Assembly (NCBI GenBank): GCA_964586695.1
Contig: CAZPGQ010000003.1
Span: forward strand, 888 to 64,887
From: an uncultured Candidatus Saccharibacteria bacterium
GTDB taxonomy: Bacteria; Patescibacteriota; Minisyncoccia; Phycocordibacterales; DATDWN01
Direction: 5' to 3'
Length of the DNA: 64,000 nt
Shown: one piece after another, positions 29,084 to 37,541 of the stretch
Layout of the letters: each line of letters begins with the position of its first letter
Numbering within the stretch: the stretch's first letter is position 1
The notes under the pieces: model-generated
The model's database searches: none
Told to the model about the DNA's origin: nothing
What the model saw: the letters and a program-made list of their open reading frames with translations, nothing else
Program-made: the position numbers and the translations under genes

Positions 29084-29386
29084 TTATTTATTTGCAAACT
29101 CAGCAGAAATCTGGACTATCATATCAAAATTATCTTCTTTTACTGCCTTGTTAGGCTTTTCAAAACCACACTTAACACATTTGTGTTTGATAATATATTC
29201 TTTCCCCTTTTTCTCTATGCCAATAGGCTTCATAAAGCCTCCACAAGTGTTTAATCTATCTCCAGGGTTAATGTCTACATGTTTTGAATATAAACATTGT
29301 GGGCAATGATTTGTATATCCATCCCCTTCTACAGAAAAACCACAATGTTCACAAACAAAATCTTCAGTTTTACGGATAAATGTCAT
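29084..29386 (-). CDS. RNHCP domain zinc-ribbon protein
   Basis: CEHCGF...YTNHCPQCL...KCVKCGF: RNHCP motif and four Cys pairs. Confidence 0.55.
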   Translation of the reverse strand: MTFIRKTEDFVCEHCGFSVEGDGYTNHCPQCLYSKHVDINPGDRLNTCGGFMKPIGIEKKGKEYIIKHKCVKCGFEKPNKAVKEDNFDMIVQISAEFANK

Positions 29387-29387
29387 C

Positions 29388-29981
29388 TTACTTTTTAATG
29401 GCTATAAAATTCAGATAATTCTTATTATTAGGTCTGAATTCCTGAAAAAATACTTCTTCAAATCCAAATTTCAAAAATAATTCTCTTATTTCCTCCTTGG
29501 TATAAAAACTAAACCATCTTTCCATATTTATTCCAGAACTTTCTTTATATAGTTCTTTCTCTCCCTCTATCAAGCCTAGCCCCAAAACTCCCCCAGCATT
29601 CAAGACCCGCGATATTTCTTTAAAAGCAGATTCTACTTCTGATTTTGGAATGTGTAAAAGAGATGTATACGACCACACACCGCCAAAACTTCCATTTTCA
29701 AAAGGAAGATCAAGAAAATCCCCTTCTATAGCAACTAGTCCTCTTTCCTTTGCTATTTTAACCATTTCTGTAGAGGCATCTAGGCAAACAACATCAAGTC
29801 CACTATTTTTTAAAAGTAGTCCATCCCTACCAGGCCCAGCACCTATATCTAAAATTTTCCCAGAAACTAAATTCACAAAATTATCCAAAATACTTCTGGG
29901 AAATCTATCCCAGAAATCTACAGTTTCTTCATCATATTCCTTAGCCATCTTATTGTAAGTATTTATGGTTTTTATATCCAT
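29388..29981 (-). CDS. Class I SAM-dependent methyltransferase
   Basis: Motif I ILDIGAGPGRDG and an acidic motif II (VVCLDAS). Confidence 0.75.
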   Translation of the reverse strand: MDIKTINTYNKMAKEYDEETVDFWDRFPRSILDNFVNLVSGKILDIGAGPGRDGLLLKNSGLDVVCLDASTEMVKIAKERGLVAIEGDFLDLPFENGSFGGVWSYTSLLHIPKSEVESAFKEISRVLNAGGVLGLGLIEGEKELYKESSGINMERWFSFYTKEEIRELFLKFGFEEVFFQEFRPNNKNYLNFIAIKK

Positions 29982-30008
29982 TTCTTAAATACAATAAAGA
30001 TTAATCTG

Positions 30009-30081
30009 TCGGAGTGCTGGGATTCGAACCCAGAGTCGCCTGTTCCCAAAACAGGAATGTTAGCCGTTACACTACACTCCG
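30009..30081 (-). tRNA. tRNA-Pro (anticodon UGG)
   Basis: Minus strand CGGAGTG TA GTGT AACGGCTA ACAT T CCTGT TTTGGGA ACAGG CGACT CTGGG TTCGAAT CCCAG CACTCCG A. Confidence 0.8.
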
Positions 30082-30139
30082 AATACCGACAAATACAAGT
30101 AAGAGTCTAACATAAATAACTCAAATAACAAACAATATC

Positions 30140-30586
30140 CTAAAGAACAATGTCCTCTAACAAAAAGACACGACTTATTCTTTTGGACATATCTATATGG
30201 ACGGTAGCTATATCAAACTGCCAGTCTGTTTCATCTGAAACATCCCTTTCTAGCAGATATGACTGGATCGTCCTCCCCAGTCTCTGAAGCTTCCAAGGAT
30301 GGACATTATCCTCTGCTCTATAGGAATCGTTGGATGTTACATGTGTAACATCTGACAAAACCCTTGAAACAGCCTTTACTTCAATAAAGTGTAGCTGCTT
30401 ACCTTTCCTAGCTATAACATCTATCTCTCCCCACTTCTTCAGATAGTTTCTCTCTATAACCTTATAGCCATTACTTTCTAGCCATTTACAAGCAGAATCC
30501 TCCCCTATCTGGCCGATTTTTTGTTTCTCAGTTGGTTCCCTGGAGAAGTTCTTGTTATACATAACATAATTATATACTTGGAACAC
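30140..30586 (-). CDS. YraN/UPF0102 family endonuclease
   Basis: GEDSACKWLESNGYKVIERNY...GEIDVIA...LHFIEVKA matches the UPF0102 pattern. Confidence 0.65.
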   Translation of the reverse strand: MFQVYNYVMYNKNFSREPTEKQKIGQIGEDSACKWLESNGYKVIERNYLKKWGEIDVIARKGKQLHFIEVKAVSRVLSDVTHVTSNDSYRAEDNVHPWKLQRLGRTIQSYLLERDVSDETDWQFDIATVHIDMSKRISRVFLLEDIVL

Positions 30587-30778
30587 CAGAGTTACACATG
30601 TAACATATATCTATCATTTCACGTGAAACATTTTCTATTATTCTAAAAAACAGACATAAAATGGACATTTGTCTGTAAAAATACCCTTATTTAGAGCCAC
30701 ATCTCGGATAGATTTTGTAAAATGTCTTAAAAATTGTCAGTGGTCAAAGACCTGTCTTTAATACACATGTCCCCAGAC

Positions 30779-30797
30779 TTATCCACAGTTTTCCACA
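30779..30797 (+). promoter_or_regulatory. Tandem DnaA boxes (TTATCCACA and TTTTCCACA) outside oriC
   Basis: cttatccacagttttccacaaagg: a perfect consensus box plus a one-mismatch box, the same arrangement as in the dnaA-dnaN spacer. Confidence 0.4.
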
Positions 30798-30868
30798 AAG
30801 GACAGGGGATAAATAGGGTACTTTTAATTTTAAAAACTTTAGTATATGATGATATACGTTCAGTTATT

Positions 30869-30939
30869 GCGGGCATGGTTAAGTGGTATAACAGGTCCTT
30901 GCCAAGGACCAGTCGGGGTTTCGATTACCCCTGCCCGCA
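30869..30939 (+). tRNA. tRNA-Gly (anticodon GCC)
   Basis: GCGGGCA TG GTT AAGTGGTAT AAC A GGTCC TTGCCAA GGACC AGTC GGGGT TTCGATT ACCCC TGCCCGC A. Confidence 0.8.
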
Positions 30940-30991
30940 CAAAGAACATAGACAATAGTCTATAAAACTAGTATTGTATTAAAAGATTAAT

Positions 30992-31066
30992 GCACCCGTA
31001 GCTCAACGGATAGAGTACCGGTCTTCGGAACCGTGGATGTGGGTTCGATTCCTGCCGGGTGCACCA
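30992..31066 (+). tRNA. tRNA-Arg (anticodon UCG), CCA encoded
   Basis: GCACCCG TA GCTC AACGGATA GAGT A CCGGT CTTCGGA ACCGT GGAT GTGGG TTCGATT CCTGC CGGGTGC A CCA. One C-U mismatch at 27:43 and two GU pairs in the T stem. The acceptor resembles E. coli tRNA-Arg. Confidence 0.7.
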
Positions 31067-31212
31067 TTAATATAGCTATAAAACACGAAGTGTTTTGATC
31101 GTTGGCAGGAATCGAAGCCTGATTGAGATATTTTACGAGTTTACGAAGTAAAATATCCAATTGGGGTACTGATCCTGTAAGGATCGATTCCGTTAGTATA
31201 TAATTCACTTAC

Positions 31213-32679
31213 ATGAATTTTCCTATCCCAAAAGAGGTTTCATATGTAACAAAACAGCTAGAAAATGCAGGTTTTGAGGCTTTTGTCGTGGGTGGATGTG
31301 TAAGAGACCTTATTCTAAACAAGGCACCAAAAGACTGGGATGTAACAACAAATGCAACCCCAGAGCAGATTATCGCTTTATTTCCAAAAACTTTTTATGA
31401 AAACACCTTTGGAACTGTCGGCGTTGTGAACGAGGAAACTACTGAACCAACCTTAGTAGTAATCGAAGTCACTCCATACAGAATAGAAGGGGAGTATTCT
31501 GACAATCGACATCCAGATACTGTTATTTTTAGCCAAAAAATAGAGGATGATCTAAAAAGAAGAGACTTCACAATGAATTCTCTTGCTTATTCTGTATCAA
31601 AAAAAGAAATTATTGATTTATTTGATGGTGAGAGAGATATAAAAGACAAAGTAATTCGAACTGTAGGGGATTCTGTAAGCAGATTTAAGGAAGATGGACT
31701 CAGAATACTACGGGCTGTGCGTTTTTCTGCTGAACTTGGCTTCGAAATAGAAGCAGGGACTGAAAAAGCCATATTTGAAAACTCAGAACTACTGAAAAAT
31801 ATTTCTCTAGAGAGAATACGAGACGAATTTACAAAGATGATAATGTCGGCAAGGCCCATGGATGGCTTAATTGCAATGAAAAAAATGAGTCTTTTGTCGT
31901 ACATAATTCCTGAATTGAAAAATACTATAGGTGTAGAACAAAATAGGGCACACTCATACGATGTATGGGAGCATTTACTTAGATCTCTACAGGGAGCTGC
32001 AGATAAAAATTATCCTTTGGACCTGCGTTTAGCGGCTTTGTTGCACGATATTTCAAAACCAGAGTCACGAAGATGGGGAACAGAACAAAATACTTGGACT
32101 TTCTATGGACATGAAGTACTTGGAGCTCGTGTTGCAAAGAAAATTCTTACAAATTTAAAATATCCGACGAAAATAATAGAAAAAGTTACAAAAATGATTC
32201 GTTGGCATATGTTCTTTTCTGATACAGAGCAAATAACGCTCTCAGCGGTCCGTAGAATGATTGTAAATGTTGGACGAGAGAATATATGGGATTTGATGAA
32301 TCTACGCATATGCGACCGTATAGGGACTGGTAGACCCAAAGAAGACCCGTACCGCCTCCGAAAATATCATGCAATGATAGAAGAAGCTCTGCGAGACCCG
32401 ATTTCTGTAGGAATGTTAAAGATAGATGGTAAAAAAATAATGGATGTTACAGAAATTACTCCTGGACCACGCATTGGTTACACTCTACACGCACTCTTAG
32501 AGGAAGTTTTGGAAGATCCAAAGAAAAATACTGCAGAATATCTAGAAGAAAGAGCGAAAACTCTTGTAAATTTACCTATAGAGGAGCTGGAATCACTAGG
32601 AGAAAAGGGAAAACAGTCAAAAGAAGAAGCTGATGAGGAGCAAATAAAGAAAATCCGCTCTAGCCATCACGTTAAGTAA
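31213..32679 (+). CDS. cca: CCA-adding enzyme / tRNA nucleotidyltransferase with a C-terminal HD domain
   Basis: GGCVRDLIL...DWDV polymerase-beta head motif; HD domain (LLHDISK). Confidence 0.85.
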   Translation: MNFPIPKEVSYVTKQLENAGFEAFVVGGCVRDLILNKAPKDWDVTTNATPEQIIALFPKTFYENTFGTVGVVNEETTEPTLVVIEVTPYRIEGEYSDNRHPDTVIFSQKIEDDLKRRDFTMNSLAYSVSKKEIIDLFDGERDIKDKVIRTVGDSVSRFKEDGLRILRAVRFSAELGFEIEAGTEKAIFENSELLKNISLERIRDEFTKMIMSARPMDGLIAMKKMSLLSYIIPELKNTIGVEQNRAHSYDVWEHLLRSLQGAADKNYPLDLRLAALLHDISKPESRRWGTEQNTWTFYGHEVLGARVAKKILTNLKYPTKIIEKVTKMIRWHMFFSDTEQITLSAVRRMIVNVGRENIWDLMNLRICDRIGTGRPKEDPYRLRKYHAMIEEALRDPISVGMLKIDGKKIMDVTEITPGPRIGYTLHALLEEVLEDPKKNTAEYLEERAKTLVNLPIEELESLGEKGKQSKEEADEEQIKKIRSSHHVK

Positions 32680-32681
32680 AA

Positions 32682-32798
32682 CCTCAGATTTGAGTATAGT
32701 TCAAGGCGGAATGAAAAAATACGAGGAGCCTTACTTAGAGGTAAGGTGACGAGAATTTTTGAAATTCCAACGAAGAAATATGCCAAATCTGAGGTTTT
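32682..32798 (+). repeat. Copy B of the ~110 nt structured repeat element
   Basis: Same core as 9845-9917. It is flanked by cctcagatttg / caaatctgagg (a perfect 11-bp pair), with a U-tract on both strands. It lies immediately after the cca stop codon. Confidence 0.5.
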
Positions 32799-33304
32799 AC
32801 ATTTAAAAAACCGCCCAATGAGGATGATTCGTACGTTATCTTTGTACAAATACTCATCATTGAGCGGTTCGAGGGAAGAAGAGCTCTACAGTTAATGACG
32901 CAGTTAGTAAACAGCATCACGAATTTAAAATAAAATAGTAGATAAAGTGGGGATGTGTTGATTGTCCAACCACACATAACCAGAGAGTCTTCTTAAGAGA
33001 GGAGGTGCGCACCTCCTAAAGCACATATATTTAAAGAACAACTGAGAAGTTCCATCAAACGCAGGGTTTATTGCATTAAATTTCAAATCTCGATCTGCCA
33101 TTCATTGTATGTTTTTTAAAAAGACAAGTAAAGGACAGTAAAAGACAAATGTGTGGATAACTTTGTAAAACAACTAAAATTACCCCATCTACGTTGTTAG
33201 ACTTCAGTAAAATAATCCTCACTTTATATTTATAAAGCTCGAATTATTTTCCTTGTCTGCCTAGTATCTGAGGCAATTTAATTTGTTTTACTAACAAGTG
33301 TCTT

Positions 33305-34102
33305 TTATAAATCAATATCTATCTGAACAGGGCAGTGGTCAGATCCCAAAACATCCTTATGGATTAAAGCTTTTTTGACTTTTCCTTCTAGTCTTTTGCT
33401 TACAAAAACATAGTCAATTCTCCAACCAACATTTCTCTCCCTCGCGTTTGCAAAATGACTCCACCAAGTATAGTGACCATTTCCTTTTGTAAAAATTCTA
33501 AATGTATCTACAAAATTTTCATCTATCATATTCTGTATTCCTTCTCTTTCTTCTTTTGTAAATCCTTTTTTACCAATATTATCTTTGGGTCTAGCGAGGT
33601 CATCTTCTGTATGTGCAACATTTAAATCACCACAAAATACAACTGGCTTCTTTTTGTCTAACTCTTTTACATATGACAGAAAAGCAGGGTCCCACTGTTT
33701 GTGACGGAGTCCTACTCTTGAAAGGTCGTCTTTTGCGTTTGGTGTATAGACTGTAACTATATAAAAATCATCATATTCTAGTGTGGTAACCCTACCTTCT
33801 GTGTTTGGATCACCGTAACCGTTCTCATCCCAGTCATATTTCTTCGTAATATTCTCTGGCAAACCCAATAATATAGAGAGGGGACTTTTCTTTGCGAATA
33901 TCGCAGTGCCACTATAGCCTTTTCTTTCTGCAGAGTTCCAATATTCACTATATTCTGGCAAATCTACTTCACTTTGGTCTTCCTGAGCTTTTGTCTCTTG
34001 CAGACAAAGCAAGTCTGGCTTGTATTTTTCTACAAACGGCACAAACAAACCTTTTTTATGAACTGCACGTATTCCGTTTACATTCCAAGATATTATTTTC
34101 AT
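33305..34102 (-). CDS. xth: Exodeoxyribonuclease III
   Basis: MKIISWNVNGIRA...LCLQETK...GDLNVAH...SDHCPV: the ExoIII/APE1 fold. Confidence 0.85.
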   Translation of the reverse strand: MKIISWNVNGIRAVHKKGLFVPFVEKYKPDLLCLQETKAQEDQSEVDLPEYSEYWNSAERKGYSGTAIFAKKSPLSILLGLPENITKKYDWDENGYGDPNTEGRVTTLEYDDFYIVTVYTPNAKDDLSRVGLRHKQWDPAFLSYVKELDKKKPVVFCGDLNVAHTEDDLARPKDNIGKKGFTKEEREGIQNMIDENFVDTFRIFTKGNGHYTWWSHFANARERNVGWRIDYVFVSKRLEGKVKKALIHKDVLGSDHCPVQIDIDL

Positions 34103-34167
34103 AAACAAAGTTTAACATAAAACGAATCGCCCGCACCTACAGCGTTGTAAGTGCGAGCGAATTAGAG

Positions 34168-34569
34168 CTAGTGTCGTTCGGTGAGTCGATTGAAAAACTC
34201 ACCGAGTGCGCGCTCGTACTCGGGTGAACCTCGACGGACGACTCTGAAGTGACGGCGAGCGAGTTCGATGACAGAAATCCGAATAGCCTCACCGGAGGTG
34301 TAAGCATTCGGGGAATACATGTTGACTCTGTCATTCTGGGTCTCCGGCTCCGGACCAACAACTACATAGACTTGTTCCCCAGAACTGACCAAGTCGCCCA
34401 GATGAACCGTCATCAGCTCCCTTTCGAACCCGGTGTGAAGTGAACCATGACCCATGTGAGCCTTGGCTTCTTCAGTATTGATTGAATCCACTCGTCTTAT
34501 TCCCGCAAGTAGCAGTGCAATAAGAATTACACCTGTACTCAATGCGAGGATTTTCTCTTTCCAATTCAT
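34168..34569 (-). CDS. GC-rich islet gene: membrane-anchored hypothetical protein
   Basis: aggagg RBS 7 nt upstream of the ATG; N-terminal TM LALSTGVILIALLLAGI. GC is visibly higher than the ~35% background, and a GC hairpin (34137-34167) follows the stop. Confidence 0.45.
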   Translation of the reverse strand: MNWKEKILALSTGVILIALLLAGIRRVDSINTEEAKAHMGHGSLHTGFERELMTVHLGDLVSSGEQVYVVVGPEPETQNDRVNMYSPNAYTSGEAIRISVIELARRHFRVVRRGSPEYERALGEFFNRLTERH

Positions 34570-34607
34570 GCTTGGCCTCCTGCCCTAGTTTGAAGTATGA
34601 AATATTT

Positions 34608-34628
34608 AATATATTTGTCAAATATATT
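34608..34628. other. Perfect 10-1-10 bp palindrome (AATATATTTG t CAAATATATT) abutting the recombinase stop codon; candidate recombination or operator site
   Basis: Read directly: both arms are exact reverse complements. It sits between the xerC-like stop (34629-34631) and the GC-rich gene. Confidence 0.4.
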
Positions 34629-35552
34629 TTATCCCTTCTTATGGAATTTCTTATGGACGTCGCGGAGATGTTTGTCCGTCACATGAGTATAAATCTGTGT
34701 AGTTATAATACTAGAGTGGCCTAACATAGCCTGAACTGAACGAATATCTGCTCCATTTGAAAGCAAATCTGTTGCAAATAGGTGACGCATTGTGTGGGGA
34801 GTAACTTTTTTTGAGATTCCCGCCTTTATTGCGTGCTTTTTTACAATTCTCTCTATGGACCGGTTATTTAGAAAACCATACTCTCTTGTAGTGTTTTTCT
34901 TAAAACTTTTTTCATCAGCTGGAGAAAAAAGTGCATTACTTATATCTTTTCTTACAGCTAAGTATTCTTTTACGGCCTTTCTTGCTCCGTCAGATATAAA
35001 AACCAGGCGAACCTTGCCACCTTTTCCTCTGACAGAAAGCTCGTCTGAGTTTAGATTTATATCGCGAGTTAGCGATCTTAACTCTGAAAGACGCAGTCCT
35101 GTAGAGAAAAACAACTCCAAAATAGCCTTGTCGCGCAAATCTCTTTCATCTTTACCACCTGGAGAAGCAATAAGCCGAGCCAGTTCTTCTTCTGTTATAA
35201 GATCAAGAGACCTTTCAGAAACTTTTGCTAGTTCTATCCTGTCTGCAGGCAAAGTCTTTATCTCTTGTCTTGCCATGTATTTGAGAAATGCTCTCAGGGC
35301 TATTAGATAATAGTTCTGTGTTTTTCGAGACAAAGTCTCACTATTATTCTTGTGTCCTGTGGGTTGTCTGTTGAGCCAAAGGCGAAATTGACGGACCAAA
35401 TCATCTTTTATATCCGCTGGGTTATCAGTTTTGATAAAATCGAGGAATCGGTTGAGGTATCGGTCGTAATTTTCGACGGTTTTGACAGAACGACCCTTTT
35501 CTATCTCTACATATTCCAAAAATTGTTGTTTTAAGCGCTTTAAAGATGCCAT
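34629..35552 (-). CDS. xerC: Tyrosine site-specific recombinase (XerC/XerD family)
   Basis: N-terminal SAM-like core-binding domain. Catalytic region GLRLSELRSL (the Arg), HTMRHLFAT (His-x-x-Arg), and GHSSIITTQIYTHV (His and the Tyr nucleophile). Confidence 0.8.
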   Translation of the reverse strand: MASLKRLKQQFLEYVEIEKGRSVKTVENYDRYLNRFLDFIKTDNPADIKDDLVRQFRLWLNRQPTGHKNNSETLSRKTQNYYLIALRAFLKYMARQEIKTLPADRIELAKVSERSLDLITEEELARLIASPGGKDERDLRDKAILELFFSTGLRLSELRSLTRDINLNSDELSVRGKGGKVRLVFISDGARKAVKEYLAVRKDISNALFSPADEKSFKKNTTREYGFLNNRSIERIVKKHAIKAGISKKVTPHTMRHLFATDLLSNGADIRSVQAMLGHSSIITTQIYTHVTDKHLRDVHKKFHKKG

Positions 35553-35664
35553 ATTTAAGTTAATTATAGCATTAAGTCATAATATTGTGCGACATGGGTC
35601 GCTCGGGAAGGGGGTACTCTTTGGGCTTGCAAATGCCTATCTTTTGTGATATCTTATAGGAACA

Positions 35665-35931
35665 ATGCTTACAAAGACAAAGAAATCAAAAGTTATAAAG
35701 GATGTCCAAGTACACGACAAAGATACTGGTTCTCCTGAAGTACAGATAGCTATTTTGAGCCGTCGAATAGACGAGCTTGCATCTCACTTGAAGAAAAATG
35801 CAAAAGATAATCACTCAAGACGAGGATTGCTACAAATGGTAGCAAGTCGAAAGACTCACATGAAGTATCTAGAAAAGAAAAATCCAAAAAGATACGCTGC
35901 ATTAAACAAGAAGTTAGGTTTGAAGAAATAA
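35665..35931 (+). CDS. rpsO: 30S ribosomal protein S15
   Basis: GSPEVQIAILSRRIDELASHLKKNAKDNHSRRGLLQMVASRK is the S15 signature; a terminator lies at 35941-35968. Confidence 0.85.
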   Translation: MLTKTKKSKVIKDVQVHDKDTGSPEVQIAILSRRIDELASHLKKNAKDNHSRRGLLQMVASRKTHMKYLEKKNPKRYAALNKKLGLKK

Positions 35932-36056
35932 TCTCCTCAAAAACAAACTGAAAAGTTTGTTTTTGATTTTGGACAGAGTAAGCATTTACATTTGAAATAG
36001 TATACAATTAGATTGTTAGCTTTTTTGAAATTTTAGAATTAATTTTTTTTATATAT

Positions 36057-36611
36057 ATGAGTGTAATTAAACACAAAAACCAAAGGGTTGGTATCTTCAT
36101 AGATACCCAAAACCTATATCACTGTGCCAAAAATATTTATGGCGCAAAAGTAAACTTCGACCAAGTTGTAAAAGATGGTCTATCAGGCAGGTCTCTAACA
36201 AGAGCTGTTGCATATGTTATTACCACAGAAGCAGGGGATGAGAAAAACTTTTTCGAAGCTCTTGAAAAAATGGGGATAGAAACAAAAACAAAAAACCTCC
36301 AGATATTTGCTGGTGGATCAAAAAAAGCCGACTGGGATGTGGGTCTTGCTGTTGATGCAATAAAACTTGCGCCAAAACTTGATGCCATAATTCTTGTTAC
36401 AGGAGATGGGGACTTTGTTCCGCTTGTCATGCATCTTCAGAACGAAGGATGCCAAGTTGAAGTTATGTCTTTTGGAAAGGCAACTTCTGCAAAACTTATA
36501 GAAGCAAGTGACGACTTTATCGATCTCGATCTAAACCCAAGAAAATATTTATTAGGATTCCGAGATAGAAATACTCGACGATCCCCAAGAATAAAAATTG
36601 AGGAAGAATAG
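36057..36611 (+). CDS. NYN domain (LabA-like) protein
   Basis: VGIFIDTQNLYH...AVDAIKLAPKLDAIILVTGDGDFVPLV: the NYN/PIN-like acidic residues. Confidence 0.6.
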   Translation: MSVIKHKNQRVGIFIDTQNLYHCAKNIYGAKVNFDQVVKDGLSGRSLTRAVAYVITTEAGDEKNFFEALEKMGIETKTKNLQIFAGGSKKADWDVGLAVDAIKLAPKLDAIILVTGDGDFVPLVMHLQNEGCQVEVMSFGKATSAKLIEASDDFIDLDLNPRKYLLGFRDRNTRRSPRIKIEEE

Positions 36612-36647
36612 CTTTCCTCTTTGAGTTTTTTTGCTAAAATAATATAA

Positions 36648-37502
36648 ATGCCTCCAGAAGAAAAAAAAGACAGAGTTCCAATAAAATCATTGCGAACATA
36701 TCAAGGTGATGTCGAAGAAGCTATTGGAAGAAACAAAGAATCCAGTACAACTATTTTTGTAGCAGAAGAAAAGAGGAAAGTAGAGAATCCAGAAAAAGTT
36801 GTTGAGGTGAAATACAACCCGACAAAAAATAAAGTTTTTGTTTATATGGGTGCTGCTTTTTTTATCCTTGGTATTTTTGCAATAGGGGGTGTTTACTATT
36901 TTAGATATAGCGAAAAAACTGTAATTGAACAGCAAGCCAAAACCCTCCTAAAATTCTCAAAAGAAAAAACTTTATCTCCATATGGTCTAAGCAAAGACAG
37001 CTTTATACAAAAACTTGTTGACGAAAGAGAGGCCTTCCAACTACCAATAAACTCTGTGCTGTACGTAAACACAACAATAGAAGGCAGTGACTCTCTTGGT
37101 CAAGTACTTGCTCATGTTGGACCAAATATGCCAGGTTCTTTAGTGAGGTCTTTTGACCAAAATTATATGATTGGAGTTTACTCATACGACACAAACGAAA
37201 TCTTCTTTATCCTAAAAGTTAAAGACTTTGCTTCAAGCTATTCTGGAATGCTTAAATGGGAAAAAGATATGGCCAATGATATGCAAGAAATATATTCTAT
37301 TGATCCTTTTCTGGTTTCCTCATCAACTCCTTTTATAGATGAAGCAATAAAAAACAAGGATTTGCGCGTAATAAAAGACCAGAGTGGCAAAACCCAACTA
37401 CTTTATACTTTCCTGGACAAAGAAACCTTACTTATAACAAAGAACGAGAGCATATTCGGAGCCATACTGGGCAGATACACTGTTAGCAAACAAGCGAAGT
37501 AA
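36648..37502 (+). CDS. Hypothetical single-pass membrane protein
   Basis: TM VFVYMGAAFFILGIFAIGGVYYF; no recognisable domain. Confidence 0.4.
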   Translation: MPPEEKKDRVPIKSLRTYQGDVEEAIGRNKESSTTIFVAEEKRKVENPEKVVEVKYNPTKNKVFVYMGAAFFILGIFAIGGVYYFRYSEKTVIEQQAKTLLKFSKEKTLSPYGLSKDSFIQKLVDEREAFQLPINSVLYVNTTIEGSDSLGQVLAHVGPNMPGSLVRSFDQNYMIGVYSYDTNEIFFILKVKDFASSYSGMLKWEKDMANDMQEIYSIDPFLVSSSTPFIDEAIKNKDLRVIKDQSGKTQLLYTFLDKETLLITKNESIFGAILGRYTVSKQAK

Positions 37503-37541
37503 GCCCCTCGCTTGTGCTTTTGTTTTTGGTATAATACATAT

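Noticed and set aside
30734-31208. Track ORFs 30734-30958 (+) and 30987-31208 (-)
   Set aside because: They overlap tRNA-Gly(GCC) and tRNA-Arg(UCG) and the structured cca leader, so they are spurious
32799-33304. tmRNA or RNase P in the long non-coding gap
   Set aside because: No GGGG 5' end, tag-peptide reading frame, T-arm/CCACCA 3' end, or CR-I/II/IV strings were found by eye. It is left as an unassigned ncRNA candidate only
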